A stretch of 64,000 bases of DNA from Alphaproteobacteria bacterium (GCA_965243135.1 OZ251539.1:640001-704000); one strand, 5' to 3'. Positions 10,330-20,040 are shown, counted from the stretch's first letter. The notes: generated from the letters alone by a model not told the origin. Numbers and translations are program-made.

Positions 10330-11548
10330 GGGTCGCGCCGGGAACTCCTCTTCATGTATCGCTGCGTTGGGGACCTCGCGACGAACAACGCGTTGGACGG
10401 CTGGCGTGGCGCGATCGCGTGGCATGGCTACGACGACGCGTTTCTGAGGTCCGGCCTCGAACTGTCGCCCGTGCGTCACAAAGTCGAACCTGGCCTTCAT
10501 ACGCCCTACGACGCAAAAATCTTCGAGGGGTTGCACGGAGTTTTCGATGACAGCCTGCCTGACGGTTGGGGGCGATTGCTGCTTGATCGGCGCGCACGCC
10601 AGATCGGTATCGATCCGGTCGCGCTGTCGCCGCTGGACCGTCTCGCCTGCGTAGGCGAGAGGGGAATGGGCGCGCTGGTTTATGCGCCGGAGATCGATCC
10701 ATGGGACGAAACCGGAGGCGACGTGGATCTCGACCGGCTGGCGGACGGTGCCCGCTGCGTTCTGGAAGGCGCGGTAGAGGACGTGATTTCCGAACTCGGC
10801 CGGGCGGGCGGATCCCCTGGCGGTGCCCGTCCCAAGGCTCTGATCGCCATCGACGAAGAAGGGCGCGCCATCCAGGGAGACGCCCCGGAGGGATACGTTC
10901 CATGGCTGGTGAAGTTCGCGAGTCGCGACGATCCCGAGGACATCGCCCATGTGGAACAAGCGTACGCGCTCATGGCCGAATCGGCGGGCGGCCTCCCATT
11001 GCTGCCGGGCGATGGAGGACAGCTTTACTTCTCGGCCCGCCGTTTCGACCGCGATGGCCCGAGACGACGCCATGTACATTCGGCAAGCGGCCTGCTTTAT
11101 GCCGATTTCCGCCTTCCTTCGCTCGACTACAGTCAGCTGATCGCGCTCGTGCAGGCGGTCACGCGGAATTCTCAAGATCGTCATGCGGCGTTCACGCTGG
11201 CCGTTTTCAACGTCCTCGCTCACAACCGCGACGATCATGCCCGGCAATTCGGCTTTCTCATGGAGCGCGACGGAACGTGGCGTCTCGCGCCGGCCTACGA
11301 TCTGACTTTCGCGCCTGGTCCGGGCGGCGAGCACGCGACTTCCGTTCTCGGCCGCGGAAAGGATATCGGTCGCGCCCATCTGCGGGACTTGGGCATGACG
11401 GCAGGTCTCGCGAAATTGCGACGCGGCGATCGAGCGGGCGGAGCAGGCCGTCGCCGGCTGGGGCGAATTCGCGCGACGCTGCGACGTAGGACGTTCGTCC
11501 CGGGAGCGAATTGCGCAGGCGCTCGCATCCGTCCGTCTCGCCGGTTAG
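10326..11548 (+). pseudogene. hipA: HipA-family kinase toxin, frameshifted near 10425 and 11415
   Basis: Motifs DSLPDGWGR, GSPGGARPKA, RRFDR, HNRDDHARQF and RLAPAYDL. The N-terminus (VRVAPG..RVGRLA) and C-terminus (..AEQAVAGWGEFA..LAG*) lie in other frames. Confidence 0.85.
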
Positions 11549-12522
11549 CGCGCGATCAGCCAGTGCACCGAAAACAGGCCCCCGGAATCGATCCAGACCC
11601 TGCCGTGGTTCCATCCCGCCGAGTCGGCCAGGGACGCGAATTCCCCGACCGTGTACTTGTGCGAGTATTCGGTGAGGATCGATTCGCCGACCGTAAATCC
11701 GTATTCGGCGCCGGCGAGCGAAACCTGTTGCGTCCGGCGGCTGACGAGATGCATTTCGATGCGCCCGGCCGCATCGTTCCAGCGCGCGTCGTGAGCGAAG
11801 CCGTCGATGTCGAAATCCGCGTCGAGCTCGCGGTTGATTCGGACGAGAAGATTGAGGTTGAACGCCGCCGTGACGCCGCGCGCATCGTTGTAGGCGGCGT
11901 GCAGGGTCGCCGAATCCTTGCGCAGATCCGCGCCGATGATCAATCCGGCTCCGGCGCCGAGGTCGGTCGCGACGGCGGCGAGAAAGCTCTTCGCCTCTTC
12001 GACCGTGAAGTTGCCGATGGTCGATCCGGGAAAAAAGCCGAGACGATAGCCGCCGCCCGCGGTCGGCAGTTCGAACGGTCGGGTGTAGTCGGCGCAGACC
12101 GGCACGACCCGGACATGCGGATAATCGGCCGCCAAAACCCGGGCGGCGGCGACCAGTTGTCCGCAACTGATGTCGACCGGAATGAAGGCCGAGGGCGCGC
12201 GCAGCGCGTCGAGCAGCAATCGGACCTTTTTCGATGCGCCTGCGCCGAATTCGACCAGCGTCGCTCCGGCGCCCGCCGGTTCCGTCATCTCGGCCGCATG
12301 CCGTTCCAGCAGCGCGACTTCGGTGCGCGTCGGATAATACTCCGGAAGTTCGGTGATCTCCTCGAACAGGCGGGAGCCCGCGTCGTCGTAGAAATACTTC
12401 GACGGCAGGGTCTTTTGCGGCATCGACAACCCGGCCTGCACGTCGGCGAGAAAATTCTCTTCTTCGTGCGGATATTCGACGAAACCGGCGAGAGGCGCCG
12501 GGGGAAGGTCGTCGGGAGGCAC
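11545..12522 (-). CDS. egtD: L-histidine N-alpha-methyltransferase (ergothioneine biosynthesis)
   Basis: Motifs KTLPSKYFYDDAGSRLFEEITELPEYYPTRTE, EFGAG, FPGSTIGNF and TEYSHKY. Start codon uncertain. Confidence 0.93.
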   Translation of the reverse strand: MPPDDLPPAPLAGFVEYPHEEENFLADVQAGLSMPQKTLPSKYFYDDAGSRLFEEITELPEYYPTRTEVALLERHAAEMTEPAGAGATLVEFGAGASKKVRLLLDALRAPSAFIPVDISCGQLVAAARVLAADYPHVRVVPVCADYTRPFELPTAGGGYRLGFFPGSTIGNFTVEEAKSFLAAVATDLGAGAGLIIGADLRKDSATLHAAYNDARGVTAAFNLNLLVRINRELDADFDIDGFAHDARWNDAAGRIEMHLVSRRTQQVSLAGAEYGFTVGESILTEYSHKYTVGEFASLADSAGWNHGRVWIDSGGLFSVHWLIAR

Positions 12523-12530
12523 GGGAAAGG

Positions 12531-13844
12531 TTATCGGGCGTCGCTCGCGATGCGCAGGCCGGCGAACGTCCAGCGCATGTGAGGATAGAAGAAGTTGCGG
12601 TAGGTCGGACGGACGTGGCCCTCGGGCGTCGCCAGGCAGCCGCCGCGAAGGACCATCTGGTTCACCATGAACTTGCCGTTGTATTCGCCGACCGCTCCGG
12701 CCGCCGGCCGAAACCCGGGATAGGGGCAATAGGGCGACGCGGTCCATTCCCAGACGTCGCCGAACATCTGACGCGGCCGTTCGGCATCGGCCAGGGCGGG
12801 GCGGGGTCGCAGAAATCCGGTTCCCGACAGGTTGCCCTCGATCGGTTGTTCCGCCGCGAAAACCTCCCATTCCGCCTCGGTCGGAAGGCGGTGTCCGGAC
12901 CAGCGCGCGAACGCGTCGGCCTCGTAATAGCTGACATGGCAGACCGGGGCCTGGTCGTTGACCTCGATCAATCCTTCGAGCGTCATCTGATGCCAGACGC
13001 CGTCGACCTGTCGCCAGTATCCGGGCGCGCGCCACCCGGCGTCTCGGGCGTGACCGATCCCGTCCATCATCCAGAATTCCGGCCGAGCGTAGCCGTCGTC
13101 GGCCATGAATTCCTTCCATTCGGCGTTCGTCACCAGGCGGGAGGCCAGCCGAAAGGGCTCCAGATGGACCGCGTGGCGAGGCCCTTCGTTGTCGAACGCG
13201 AACCCGCCGCCGCGATGCCCGATCGCCGCGTTGCCTCCGGGGTGCTCGAACCATGTCAATTCGGGGGCCGACAGAGCCGGCGCAGGGCGATAGGGCCTGT
13301 ACGCCGGGTGCAGCGCGTTTTTGGAGAAGGCGTGCAGGATATCCATCAGAAGCAGCTCCTGATGCTGCTGCTCGTGATGCAGGCCGAGCACGGTCAGGGG
13401 CGCGATCCGTCGCCATGTCGCGTCGTCGGCCTTGCGGGCGAGGGCCGCGAACGCGCCGTCGACATGTTCGCGATAGGCCGTCACCCTGGAGTTTTCGGGC
13501 CGGGTCAGAAGGCCCCGCTCGGGCCGGAACTGGCGTTCGCCGACCGCCTCGTAGTACGAGTTGAAGAGATAGCCGAAGGCCGGGTCGAAGAGATCGTAAC
13601 CGGGCAGGCACGGCGCAACCACGAAGGTCTCGAAGAACCAGGTCGCATGGGCGCGATGCCACTTGGTCGGACTGGCGTCCGGCATCGACTGGACGACCTG
13701 ATCCTCTTCCGACAACGGGCTCGCCAGCCGTTCGGTCTCGGCGCGAACTCCGAGAAAATGGCTGACGAGCAGGTCGCGGTCGTCCGAGTAGCGCGCGAGC
13801 GATACCGGCTTGAGCGCCGTCGGTCGAGATCTGCGAGAATTCAA
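12531..13844 (-). CDS. egtB: Ergothioneine sulfoxide synthase
   Basis: Motifs QSMPDASPTKWHRAH, LFNSYYE, GLHHEQQHQELL and GEYNGKFM. TTG start with GGAAAGGA RBS inferred. Confidence 0.95.
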   Translation of the reverse strand: MNSRRSRPTALKPVSLARYSDDRDLLVSHFLGVRAETERLASPLSEEDQVVQSMPDASPTKWHRAHATWFFETFVVAPCLPGYDLFDPAFGYLFNSYYEAVGERQFRPERGLLTRPENSRVTAYREHVDGAFAALARKADDATWRRIAPLTVLGLHHEQQHQELLLMDILHAFSKNALHPAYRPYRPAPALSAPELTWFEHPGGNAAIGHRGGGFAFDNEGPRHAVHLEPFRLASRLVTNAEWKEFMADDGYARPEFWMMDGIGHARDAGWRAPGYWRQVDGVWHQMTLEGLIEVNDQAPVCHVSYYEADAFARWSGHRLPTEAEWEVFAAEQPIEGNLSGTGFLRPRPALADAERPRQMFGDVWEWTASPYCPYPGFRPAAGAVGEYNGKFMVNQMVLRGGCLATPEGHVRPTYRNFFYPHMRWTFAGLRIASDAR

Positions 13845-14335
13845 GGGCGGTTCGTCCTTTCCCAAGCTCTTGGTCCCGACATGGCGCACGCGTTCGTTGC
13901 CTGGTCGGACGACGACGCGCATCCCGCTTTTCCGTTCCGTGCCGGGCGCTCGTTGCCGACCGGTTCGTTGCGGCTACAACGGCAGTGTAGCCCCGCATGG
14001 CTGTCGCTACAAACCGGAAGCGGCCAGACGCCGCAAGGCGAGACCGTGAACGGAGCGACTGGGCGGGCGGTGCCAGGCGGCAGCGCAACGGTGCGGCAAC
14101 TGCGGATGGAGGCATCGGTCGTACGCCCCTTCAAGTTCGAAGGTGCCGCTCCGCCCCAACTCCAGCGGCTATTCCCGGCCGGCACGGTTCTTCATCCACC
14201 GCAACGCCTTCTGGCGTATTCCGTCGAACGCCTCGTCGACGTCGCTGGCGGAGATCTCCATCGTCGTCTGGCTGACGGGATCGAACCGCGATCCTTGTAA
14301 TTTCGGAAGCATTTGGCGCCGAATTGGGTAGCGAG

Positions 14336-14530
14336 CAGCAATTACCGCTAAGGCTCTAATCCTTGGAAAATATGGGGTTTCAGAAAAATTTTTCGTAGAT
14401 TTTTCTGGGTATTTCGGTGCAATTTGCCTTCGAATGAGGGATTTTCTTATGTCGTGGCGGCTTGTCCATTGGTAATTTCGCCTTCTCGGCGTACCTTTTG
14501 GACATGCGCCCGCCTTAGCGGGAATTGCTG
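14336..14530. mobile_element. 195-bp MITE derived from the IS family at 42798-44411
   Basis: TIRs CAGCAATTACCGCTAAGG / CCTTAGCGGGAATTGCTG. Left ~110 bp resembles 42798-42910. Flanked by 9-bp near-identical direct repeats GGTAGCGAG / GGCAGCGAG. Confidence 0.85.
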
Positions 14531-14744
14531 GGCAGCGAGAGGCCGTCTGGCTGTCGGATCGTCGCTGGTCTTCTTTGCGTATACGCTGCCGGACTCTGCA
14601 TCCGGTGGTCACCACGCCGGGCGTCCATGCATCGTTCGGTCAAGCTGCGGGTGGGTAAGAGGAGTTTCGACCGGGCGCCTCTCGCCTGCGAACGCTGGTT
14701 CAACGGAAGCCTTCAGGCGTTAAGGGGCGGCGGCGCGACCGATA

Positions 14745-15052
14745 TCGAGACCGTATTCGGCTCAGGCAGCTTTTCCATGATCGACGAATATTGCCGCGAG
14801 GCATTCGGCCATGGGCGTGTCGCCCGTCCGCCGTTGCGGTTGAAGCGGCTTCTCGATGGGAAGAGCAGCCGCGCCTGTATGGACGCCTCCGTTGATGCAA
14901 GAGTTTGTCGAGACCGTATTCGGCTCAGGCAGCTTTTCCATGATCGACGAATATTGCCGCGAGGCATTCGGCCATGGGCGTGTCGCCGTCCGCCGTTGCG
15001 GTTGAAGCGGCTTCTCGATGGGAAGAGCAGCCGCGCCTGTATGGACGCCTCC
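14745..15052 (+). repeat. Tandem direct duplication of ~145 bp (14745-14890 and 14908-15052)
   Basis: Copies appear identical except for one C indel (CGCCCGTCC vs CGCCGTCC); 17-bp spacer. Confidence 0.9.
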
Positions 15053-15054
15053 CG

Positions 15055-15262
15055 CGCAACTAAATCGAACCGTTCCGCGAATCGAAAATTTTTTCGTGGC
15101 GGCGCTCGCCGTTCGAGAATTCGGGAGCGTGACGCTGAGGGCAACCCGTCTGTCTTCGCGCCGCGCCGCCCGAACACGGAACGGTTACGTCGGCGCACGG
15201 CCGGGAGAACCATCCCCGAAGTTACATGCTACGGGTGAGTAGACGCCGATCAAGAGAGTTTG
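15055..15262 (-). repeat. Dispersed structured repeat, copy 2 (diverged)
   Basis: CCGTTCCGCGAATCGAA..TTCGGGAGCGTGACGCTGAGGGC..GTTACATGCTACGGG shared with copy 3. Confidence 0.8.
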
Positions 15263-15344
15263 ATACATTACCTGCCGTTATCGTGGCGATGGAGACCGAA
15301 AGATGAGACAGCGTCCTTTGACCGGTTGGTTGGCCGGCACACTT

Positions 15345-15593
15345 CTTTGCTGTGTAACTACCCCGAGCCGCAGGCCATAACAACCCGTTCCGCGAATCGA
15401 AGATTTTTCGCGGCGGTGCTTGCCGTTCGAGCATTCGGGAGCGTGACGCTGAGGGCTGCCCCGTATAGCCCTGTCTTCACGCCGCGACGCCCGAACGCGG
15501 AACGGTTATGTCGGTGCATGATAGCGGCGCGACGCCGGCAAAACCACCAGTTACATGCTACGGGGTGAGCAGGCGCCGATCATGAGCGTTTGT
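15345..15593 (-). repeat. Dispersed structured repeat, copy 3
   Basis: Near-continuous reverse-complement match to 1183-1416. Confidence 0.85.
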
Positions 15594-16298
15594 CTAGGGG
15601 CGAGCTCGGGCGTACTTGCAGCAGACTTCGACTATACATGGATCGAAGTCCAAGTGGATGGATCGAAGACGAAAAACACGAGCACGGGCGCCGTCGAAGA
15701 TGCCGACGGCACGTCTTTCGGGCTCAGGGGCTCCTTGGCGATTTCCGACTCATGGTATCTCACGGGAGGTTACCTGAAGGAAAGAAAGGGCTTCGGCAAC
15801 GACGTGGCCGGCACGAAACTCGATCTCGACACCGATCAGACGTTCCTCGATTTCGGAGCCGGATATCACTGGAAGCTGGCTGACCGAACCGACCTGTACG
15901 CCGAGGCGTCCGTTCTGGATTCCAAGGTTCGGCACGACCTGCCGGTAGTATCGGTGCGGCCGTCGCCCCGGGGAGGGCCGCCGGTTCCGGTGGTTTCGAA
16001 GAGAGTGGGGACGTTGGACGGAAGAGGCCCTGCCCTCGCCTTAGGAGTGCGTCATTGGGCCGACGATGAATTGGAACTGGAGGCTCGGATAGGGGCCGTT
16101 CGTTTCGTCCATAAAAACAGCCGCACCGTCCGTGAGACGCAAAAGGGAATTTCCGCCGCGGCAAGGTATCATCTCTCGGGCGCACTGGCGGTCGGCAGCT
16201 TTCTTTCCTTCTTCCGCAGCAACGATCCCAATTTCGACAACATCTGGAAATTCGGCCTCTCGCTCCGCTTCCATCCGTCTCGATTACAGGGATCCTGA
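15582..16298 (+). CDS. Outer-membrane beta-barrel protein, probably with its 5' end clipped by repeat copy 3
   Basis: ..GVLA/ADFDYTWIE signal-cleavage-like site; alternating beta-strand pattern (FGLRGSLAI, DFGAGYHW, KFGLSLRF). Confidence 0.65.
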   Translation: MSVCLGASSGVLAADFDYTWIEVQVDGSKTKNTSTGAVEDADGTSFGLRGSLAISDSWYLTGGYLKERKGFGNDVAGTKLDLDTDQTFLDFGAGYHWKLADRTDLYAEASVLDSKVRHDLPVVSVRPSPRGGPPVPVVSKRVGTLDGRGPALALGVRHWADDELELEARIGAVRFVHKNSRTVRETQKGISAAARYHLSGALAVGSFLSFFRSNDPNFDNIWKFGLSLRFHPSRLQGS

Positions 16299-16446
16299 GC
16301 CTTCCCGAGCACCCGGTTTCCGGGAATGCGCCCGGTGGCCGCTGCGCCCGGACTCCGTTCCTGCGTCAAACGGCCGCGCCAGGCAACAACCTGACGAAAG
16401 AGCCATCCCGGTCGTGCCGACGCCGGGCTGAGCAGGGAGACGCATG

Positions 16447-16620
16447 CCGCTCGCCGACATAACCGTTCCGCGGGCGGGCGTCGCGTCGCGAAGACAGGGC
16501 TGGGCGGCCCTCGGCGTCACGCTCCCGAACTCTCGGACGACGAGCGCCGCCGTGAAAAAAATCCTCGATTCGCGGAACGGTTTCGCGCGGCCGGCGGCTC
16601 GGGGTTAGTTGCACAACGAA
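16447..16620 (+). repeat. Dispersed structured repeat, copy 4 (partial)
   Basis: CCGCTCGCCGACATAACCGTTCCGCG..CGATTCGCGGAACGG..CTCGGGGTTA matches copy 1. Confidence 0.85.
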
Positions 16621-16632
16621 GGAGGCGGGAAC

Positions 16633-17715
16633 ATGCTTGGAAATCTCTCGAACGGCAGCGGGACGCGGCGCTTTTTTTGGACGGCGGCAGCGTTGGCCGC
16701 GTTCGTCGCGATCCTGCCGCGATCAGCGAATGCGCAAACGGAGAGCGGCGGCGACCCGTGCCTCGCCGAGGGGAAGCTGCCTTACGACTATACCGGGTCC
16801 GGCGAGCGCGACGTTCTTTACGCGGCAGGCGGCTATCGCGACGGGAACGCCGGGATCTGCGCCCACGACCTTGCGATCGCCGACGAGCGGGAGAAGAAGC
16901 TGAAGCTTGCCCGCGAGGCGGGCCGGCGGGCGCGGACGGAAGGAACCCTCGGGTTCGTCCTGGCGGCGGCGCCTGAGGGACGGCGAGGGCCGGAAGCGGG
17001 TTCGGCGTTCCGGGACTGTCCGCAATGTCCCGAGATGGTCGTTGTACCTGCGGGGAGTTTCATGATGGGTTCTCCCCCGTCGGAGAAATACAGGAGCAGC
17101 GACGAGGGTCCGCGGCGCCGGGTGACGTTCGGGCATGCGTTCGCGGCGGGGAAGTACGAAGTTACGTTCGCGGAGTGGGACGCTTGCGCGTCGGACGGGG
17201 GATGCGGCGGTCGCCGTCCGGGGGACCAGGACTGGGGCCGCGGCAAGCGGCCCGTGATTTTTGTAAGTTGGGAAGACGCGAAGTCGTATGCGCGTTGGCT
17301 GTCGAGAAAGACGGGGAAGGCGTACCGTTTGCTGTCCGAAGCGGAATGGGAGTACGCGGCGCGCGCGGGGACGACAGGTCCGTATCACACGGGAGGGACG
17401 ATTGCGACGGATCAGGCGAACTACGACATCGGCCAAACGGTGCCTGTCGGGAGTTTCGGGGGGAGCGATTTCGGGTTGCACGACATGCACGGGAACGTGT
17501 GGGAGTGGGTCGAGGATTGCTGGAACGGGAGTTACGCGGGCGCTCCGTCGGACGGGAGCGCGTGGGAGAGCGGGAATTGCGGTCGCCGGATCCTGCGCGG
17601 CGGATCCTGGGGCGGCGATCCGGGGTACCTCCGCTCCGCAAACCGCTACGGGATCGTCACCGGGTACCGGAGCAACGTTGCCGGCTTCCGCGTCGCCCGG
17701 ACGCTCGCCCCTTGA
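16633..17715 (+). CDS. Secreted FGE-sulfatase (SUMF1 / C-type-lectin fold) domain protein
   Basis: Signal peptide; motifs FRDCPQCPEMVVVPAGSFMMGS, YRLLSEAEWEYAARAG, GLHDMHGNVWEWVEDC and RGGSW..GFRVAR. Confidence 0.92.
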   Translation: MLGNLSNGSGTRRFFWTAAALAAFVAILPRSANAQTESGGDPCLAEGKLPYDYTGSGERDVLYAAGGYRDGNAGICAHDLAIADEREKKLKLAREAGRRARTEGTLGFVLAAAPEGRRGPEAGSAFRDCPQCPEMVVVPAGSFMMGSPPSEKYRSSDEGPRRRVTFGHAFAAGKYEVTFAEWDACASDGGCGGRRPGDQDWGRGKRPVIFVSWEDAKSYARWLSRKTGKAYRLLSEAEWEYAARAGTTGPYHTGGTIATDQANYDIGQTVPVGSFGGSDFGLHDMHGNVWEWVEDCWNGSYAGAPSDGSAWESGNCGRRILRGGSWGGDPGYLRSANRYGIVTGYRSNVAGFRVARTLAP

Positions 17716-17879
17716 ATCCTTGCCTCCGGCAGGGTCCAGGGGGCGAAGCCCCGTTAACTTGTTTGGCGAACTGGGTTGGGTATCGCCGAATCCCCCGCGC
17801 CGTCAGCCAAACTGATTTTCGAAGGGTTCGGGCGTTGCGACTTCGTTCGGCAAATTTGGCGGCGTCGCCGCGGGCATCG

Positions 17880-18120
17880 CGCCGGGAGCGCCGTTCTTCC
17901 GCGCCCCGGGGCATTGCATACCTTCGATTCCCGGTCGGCGAAGAAAGTCTTTCCGTGCCCGAGGACATGGGAGTTCGTCTCCAACTTCGCGCATAGCCGC
18001 AACGGTCTCGACCCGGCGGCCGAGCGCGCCCTGTTCCGGGGCGCCGTCGGCGAGAACGCGGCGGTCGAGTTCTGCGCCTTCCTCAAGGCTTGGCGCGAAC
18101 CGCCCCGCACCGTCGACCCC
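17880..18120 (+). pseudogene. Fragment of a MoxR-like AAA ATPase C-terminus
   Basis: LHTFDS..FPCPRTWEFVS..GAVGENAAVEFCAFLK resembles the PSPRSWE region of such ATPases; no Walker A is present. Confidence 0.45.
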
Positions 18121-18137
18121 GGCCATGGACATCGGCT

Positions 18138-18857
18138 CTACCCGTTGCCGCCGACTCGAATGGCAGCGAGAAACTCCGCTTCGAAGCGCGCCGCCTCCGT
18201 CAACCTTGCGGAGACTCTCGGCCACGCTGCCGTTATCTCGCTGTTCCTGCGTCGATAGTCGTTCTGGCGTTTTTTGAACCGTCGGCCTTTGGGCAAGGCC
18301 GCGAGCTGATTTTCCGGGTTGGGGCGGCACTCCCAATCGTTCCGCCGAACCACGTCGTTTTCCGGCCATAATGCGGCAAGCACCCAAGCTTCGATGCTCT
18401 TCGAAGGCGTGCACAAGACAATCCGCGGTGGACATGCAGGTTCGCCAAGCCAGTTGAGAACCACCGCTCGCAAGGCGTTGGCGGTTCGAGCCGGCGGCGG
18501 GCAGGGTCGTTCGCAAGGCAAGTCATCGCGCGGCGCATCTCAAATGCTGCCGCTGGCGTACGTCTTGCCCGCCACGTCCGCGTCTACGTGCACGATCAAC
18601 GCGTCATGGCACGACAGCGCCGAAGAACCGGACACCGAGCCGCCGCCCTCGCGAGCCGATTGGCGGCTCCAACGATAGACTCCGACCCATCCCTTGCCCG
18701 TTTCGGTGCGCCGCGCAGAGCGGAAAGCGACGGATCCCTCCGGCTGCAACGTCTGATACACGAAATCCGCATCGCTCGGCAGCAGAGCTCCCAGGATCGC
18801 TTGAAACACGTCGGTCGGTCCTTCGACGGCGGCCGCGATACGCAGCGGCTCAGACAT
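18138..18857 (-). pseudogene. TOPRIM-like (DUF4276-like) partner of the ABC-ATPase, frameshifted near 18530
   Basis: AVEGPTD and VHVDADV in ORF 18540-18872; VLCTPSKSIEAWVLAAL..NPE in ORF 18138-18521; overlaps the ATPase stop. Confidence 0.65.
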
Positions 18858-20040
18858 CGGGAACGCCTCCAAGGTGTCCCATCACCCACAGTCGAGACAA
18901 GGACCAACCTTGCTTCGCTTTCTTCCGCAGACGGTCATCGACGACCACGCGGCGAATCGAAGTGCGGCCCGAGTTGGTCCTGGAAACGGTAAACAGTCGC
19001 ACGCGCTCGTCTTGCAACGGCAGGCCGTCCAGAACCAAGGGATTGTGCGTGGTCAGCAGGATCTGGCGAGGCTCGTCCGATTCCAGATACCATCGGCACA
19101 GAGACTCCGTCAGGGATCGGGCCAGCCTGGGATTCAACCCATGATCCGCGTTGTCCACGGCGCAAAGAGCGGGACTTGCTTCGTGTCCGGAAACCACCGC
19201 GAGAAACAGGGCGTACAAGGCGCCTTCGGAAGCGTCATAGCCGGTCAGAACGTTTCGGTCTTCGCGCATGAACCGATCGCGAAACCGGATTGCGCCTGCC
19301 GAAGCGGCGGCGCTCGGGGAGAGCGACAGGCGACCGGAGGAGGTCCAGCCGAAACTCTCCGCCCAATCGAGAAGTTCCAGCGTTTCCAGGCAGATTCGCT
19401 CACTGCGATCATCCCGTTTGCTTTGCCCGAGAAGATCCCGAATTGCTTGCGGAAGGTTTCCCCCGGATAGACCCACCGGTTGCCTTGGTTGCGTTTCCGG
19501 CGCAACGCCGCGCAAGACGGCGGTCGTCGGTGAAAATATGACGTAGCCTTGCAGCAATCTCAAAAGATCAAGCGCGGCGCCCGCGGAGACTTCCACTGCC
19601 TTCAGCGCAGCCAACCCTCGTTCGGGATTGATCTTGCTTCTTCGGGCGGGCGAGCGTCCGACCAGGCTGCCGTCATCCCCTTCCCATGCCTCCGTCTTGA
19701 ATCTCCAGGCGGGTTTCGGATCTTTCAAGGGGTTGTGCAGCGAGACTTCGTATCCGGCTTGCGCGCTACGCGCGTCGAAATACAGATGGGGAGGAATCTT
19801 CGTTCCGGATTTGGCTGGAAAGGCGGACTTGTACAATGCGGGAAGACCGGGACGGACGCCCCGAGCCAGCAATGCTTGGTCGTCAACCTTGCCGTCTGCC
19901 GCCGCGGAGAGAACCCCTAGGGCTTCCAGCAAATTGCTCTTTCCGCTTCCGTTGGCGCCGATGAAAACATTGACCAGTCCAAGGTCGACCGTGACGTCGT
20001 CCAGGGACTTGAAGGTTCTGACGGACAGGTTATCAAGCAT
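18850..20040 (-). CDS. AAA_21/AbiEii-type ABC-family ATPase
   Basis: FKSL, Walker A GANGSGKSN, ASEG signature, Walker B AVDNADHGLNP, H-loop TTHNP. Confidence 0.88.
   Translation of the reverse strand: MLDNLSVRTFKSLDDVTVDLGLVNVFIGANGSGKSNLLEALGVLSAAADGKVDDQALLARGVRPGLPALYKSAFPAKSGTKIPPHLYFDARSAQAGYEVSLHNPLKDPKPAWRFKTEAWEGDDGSLVGRSPARRSKINPERGLAALKAVEVSAGAALDLLRLLQGYVIFSPTTAVLRGVAPETQPRQPVGLSGGNLPQAIRDLLGQSKRDDRSERICLETLELLDWAESFGWTSSGRLSLSPSAAASAGAIRFRDRFMREDRNVLTGYDASEGALYALFLAVVSGHEASPALCAVDNADHGLNPRLARSLTESLCRWYLESDEPRQILLTTHNPLVLDGLPLQDERVRLFTVSRTNSGRTSIRRVVVDDRLRKKAKQGWSLSRLWVMGHLGGVPDV

Noticed and set aside
12531-12700. EgtB C-terminus as DGR template for the FGE gene
   Set aside because: It shares the fold only; it is not an adenine-rich near-copy of 17596-17705.
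11545-14115. 856-aa ORF as an EgtB-EgtD fusion, and the 742-aa HipA extension (10354-12582)
   Set aside because: EgtB is in a different frame. The extensions are GC-rich off-frame or antisense read-through.
14745-15593. CRISPR array or integron attC array
   Set aside because: Units are 145-250 bp, with no short repeat-spacer periodicity, no clear RYYYAAC/GTTRRRY boxes and no cas or intI genes.
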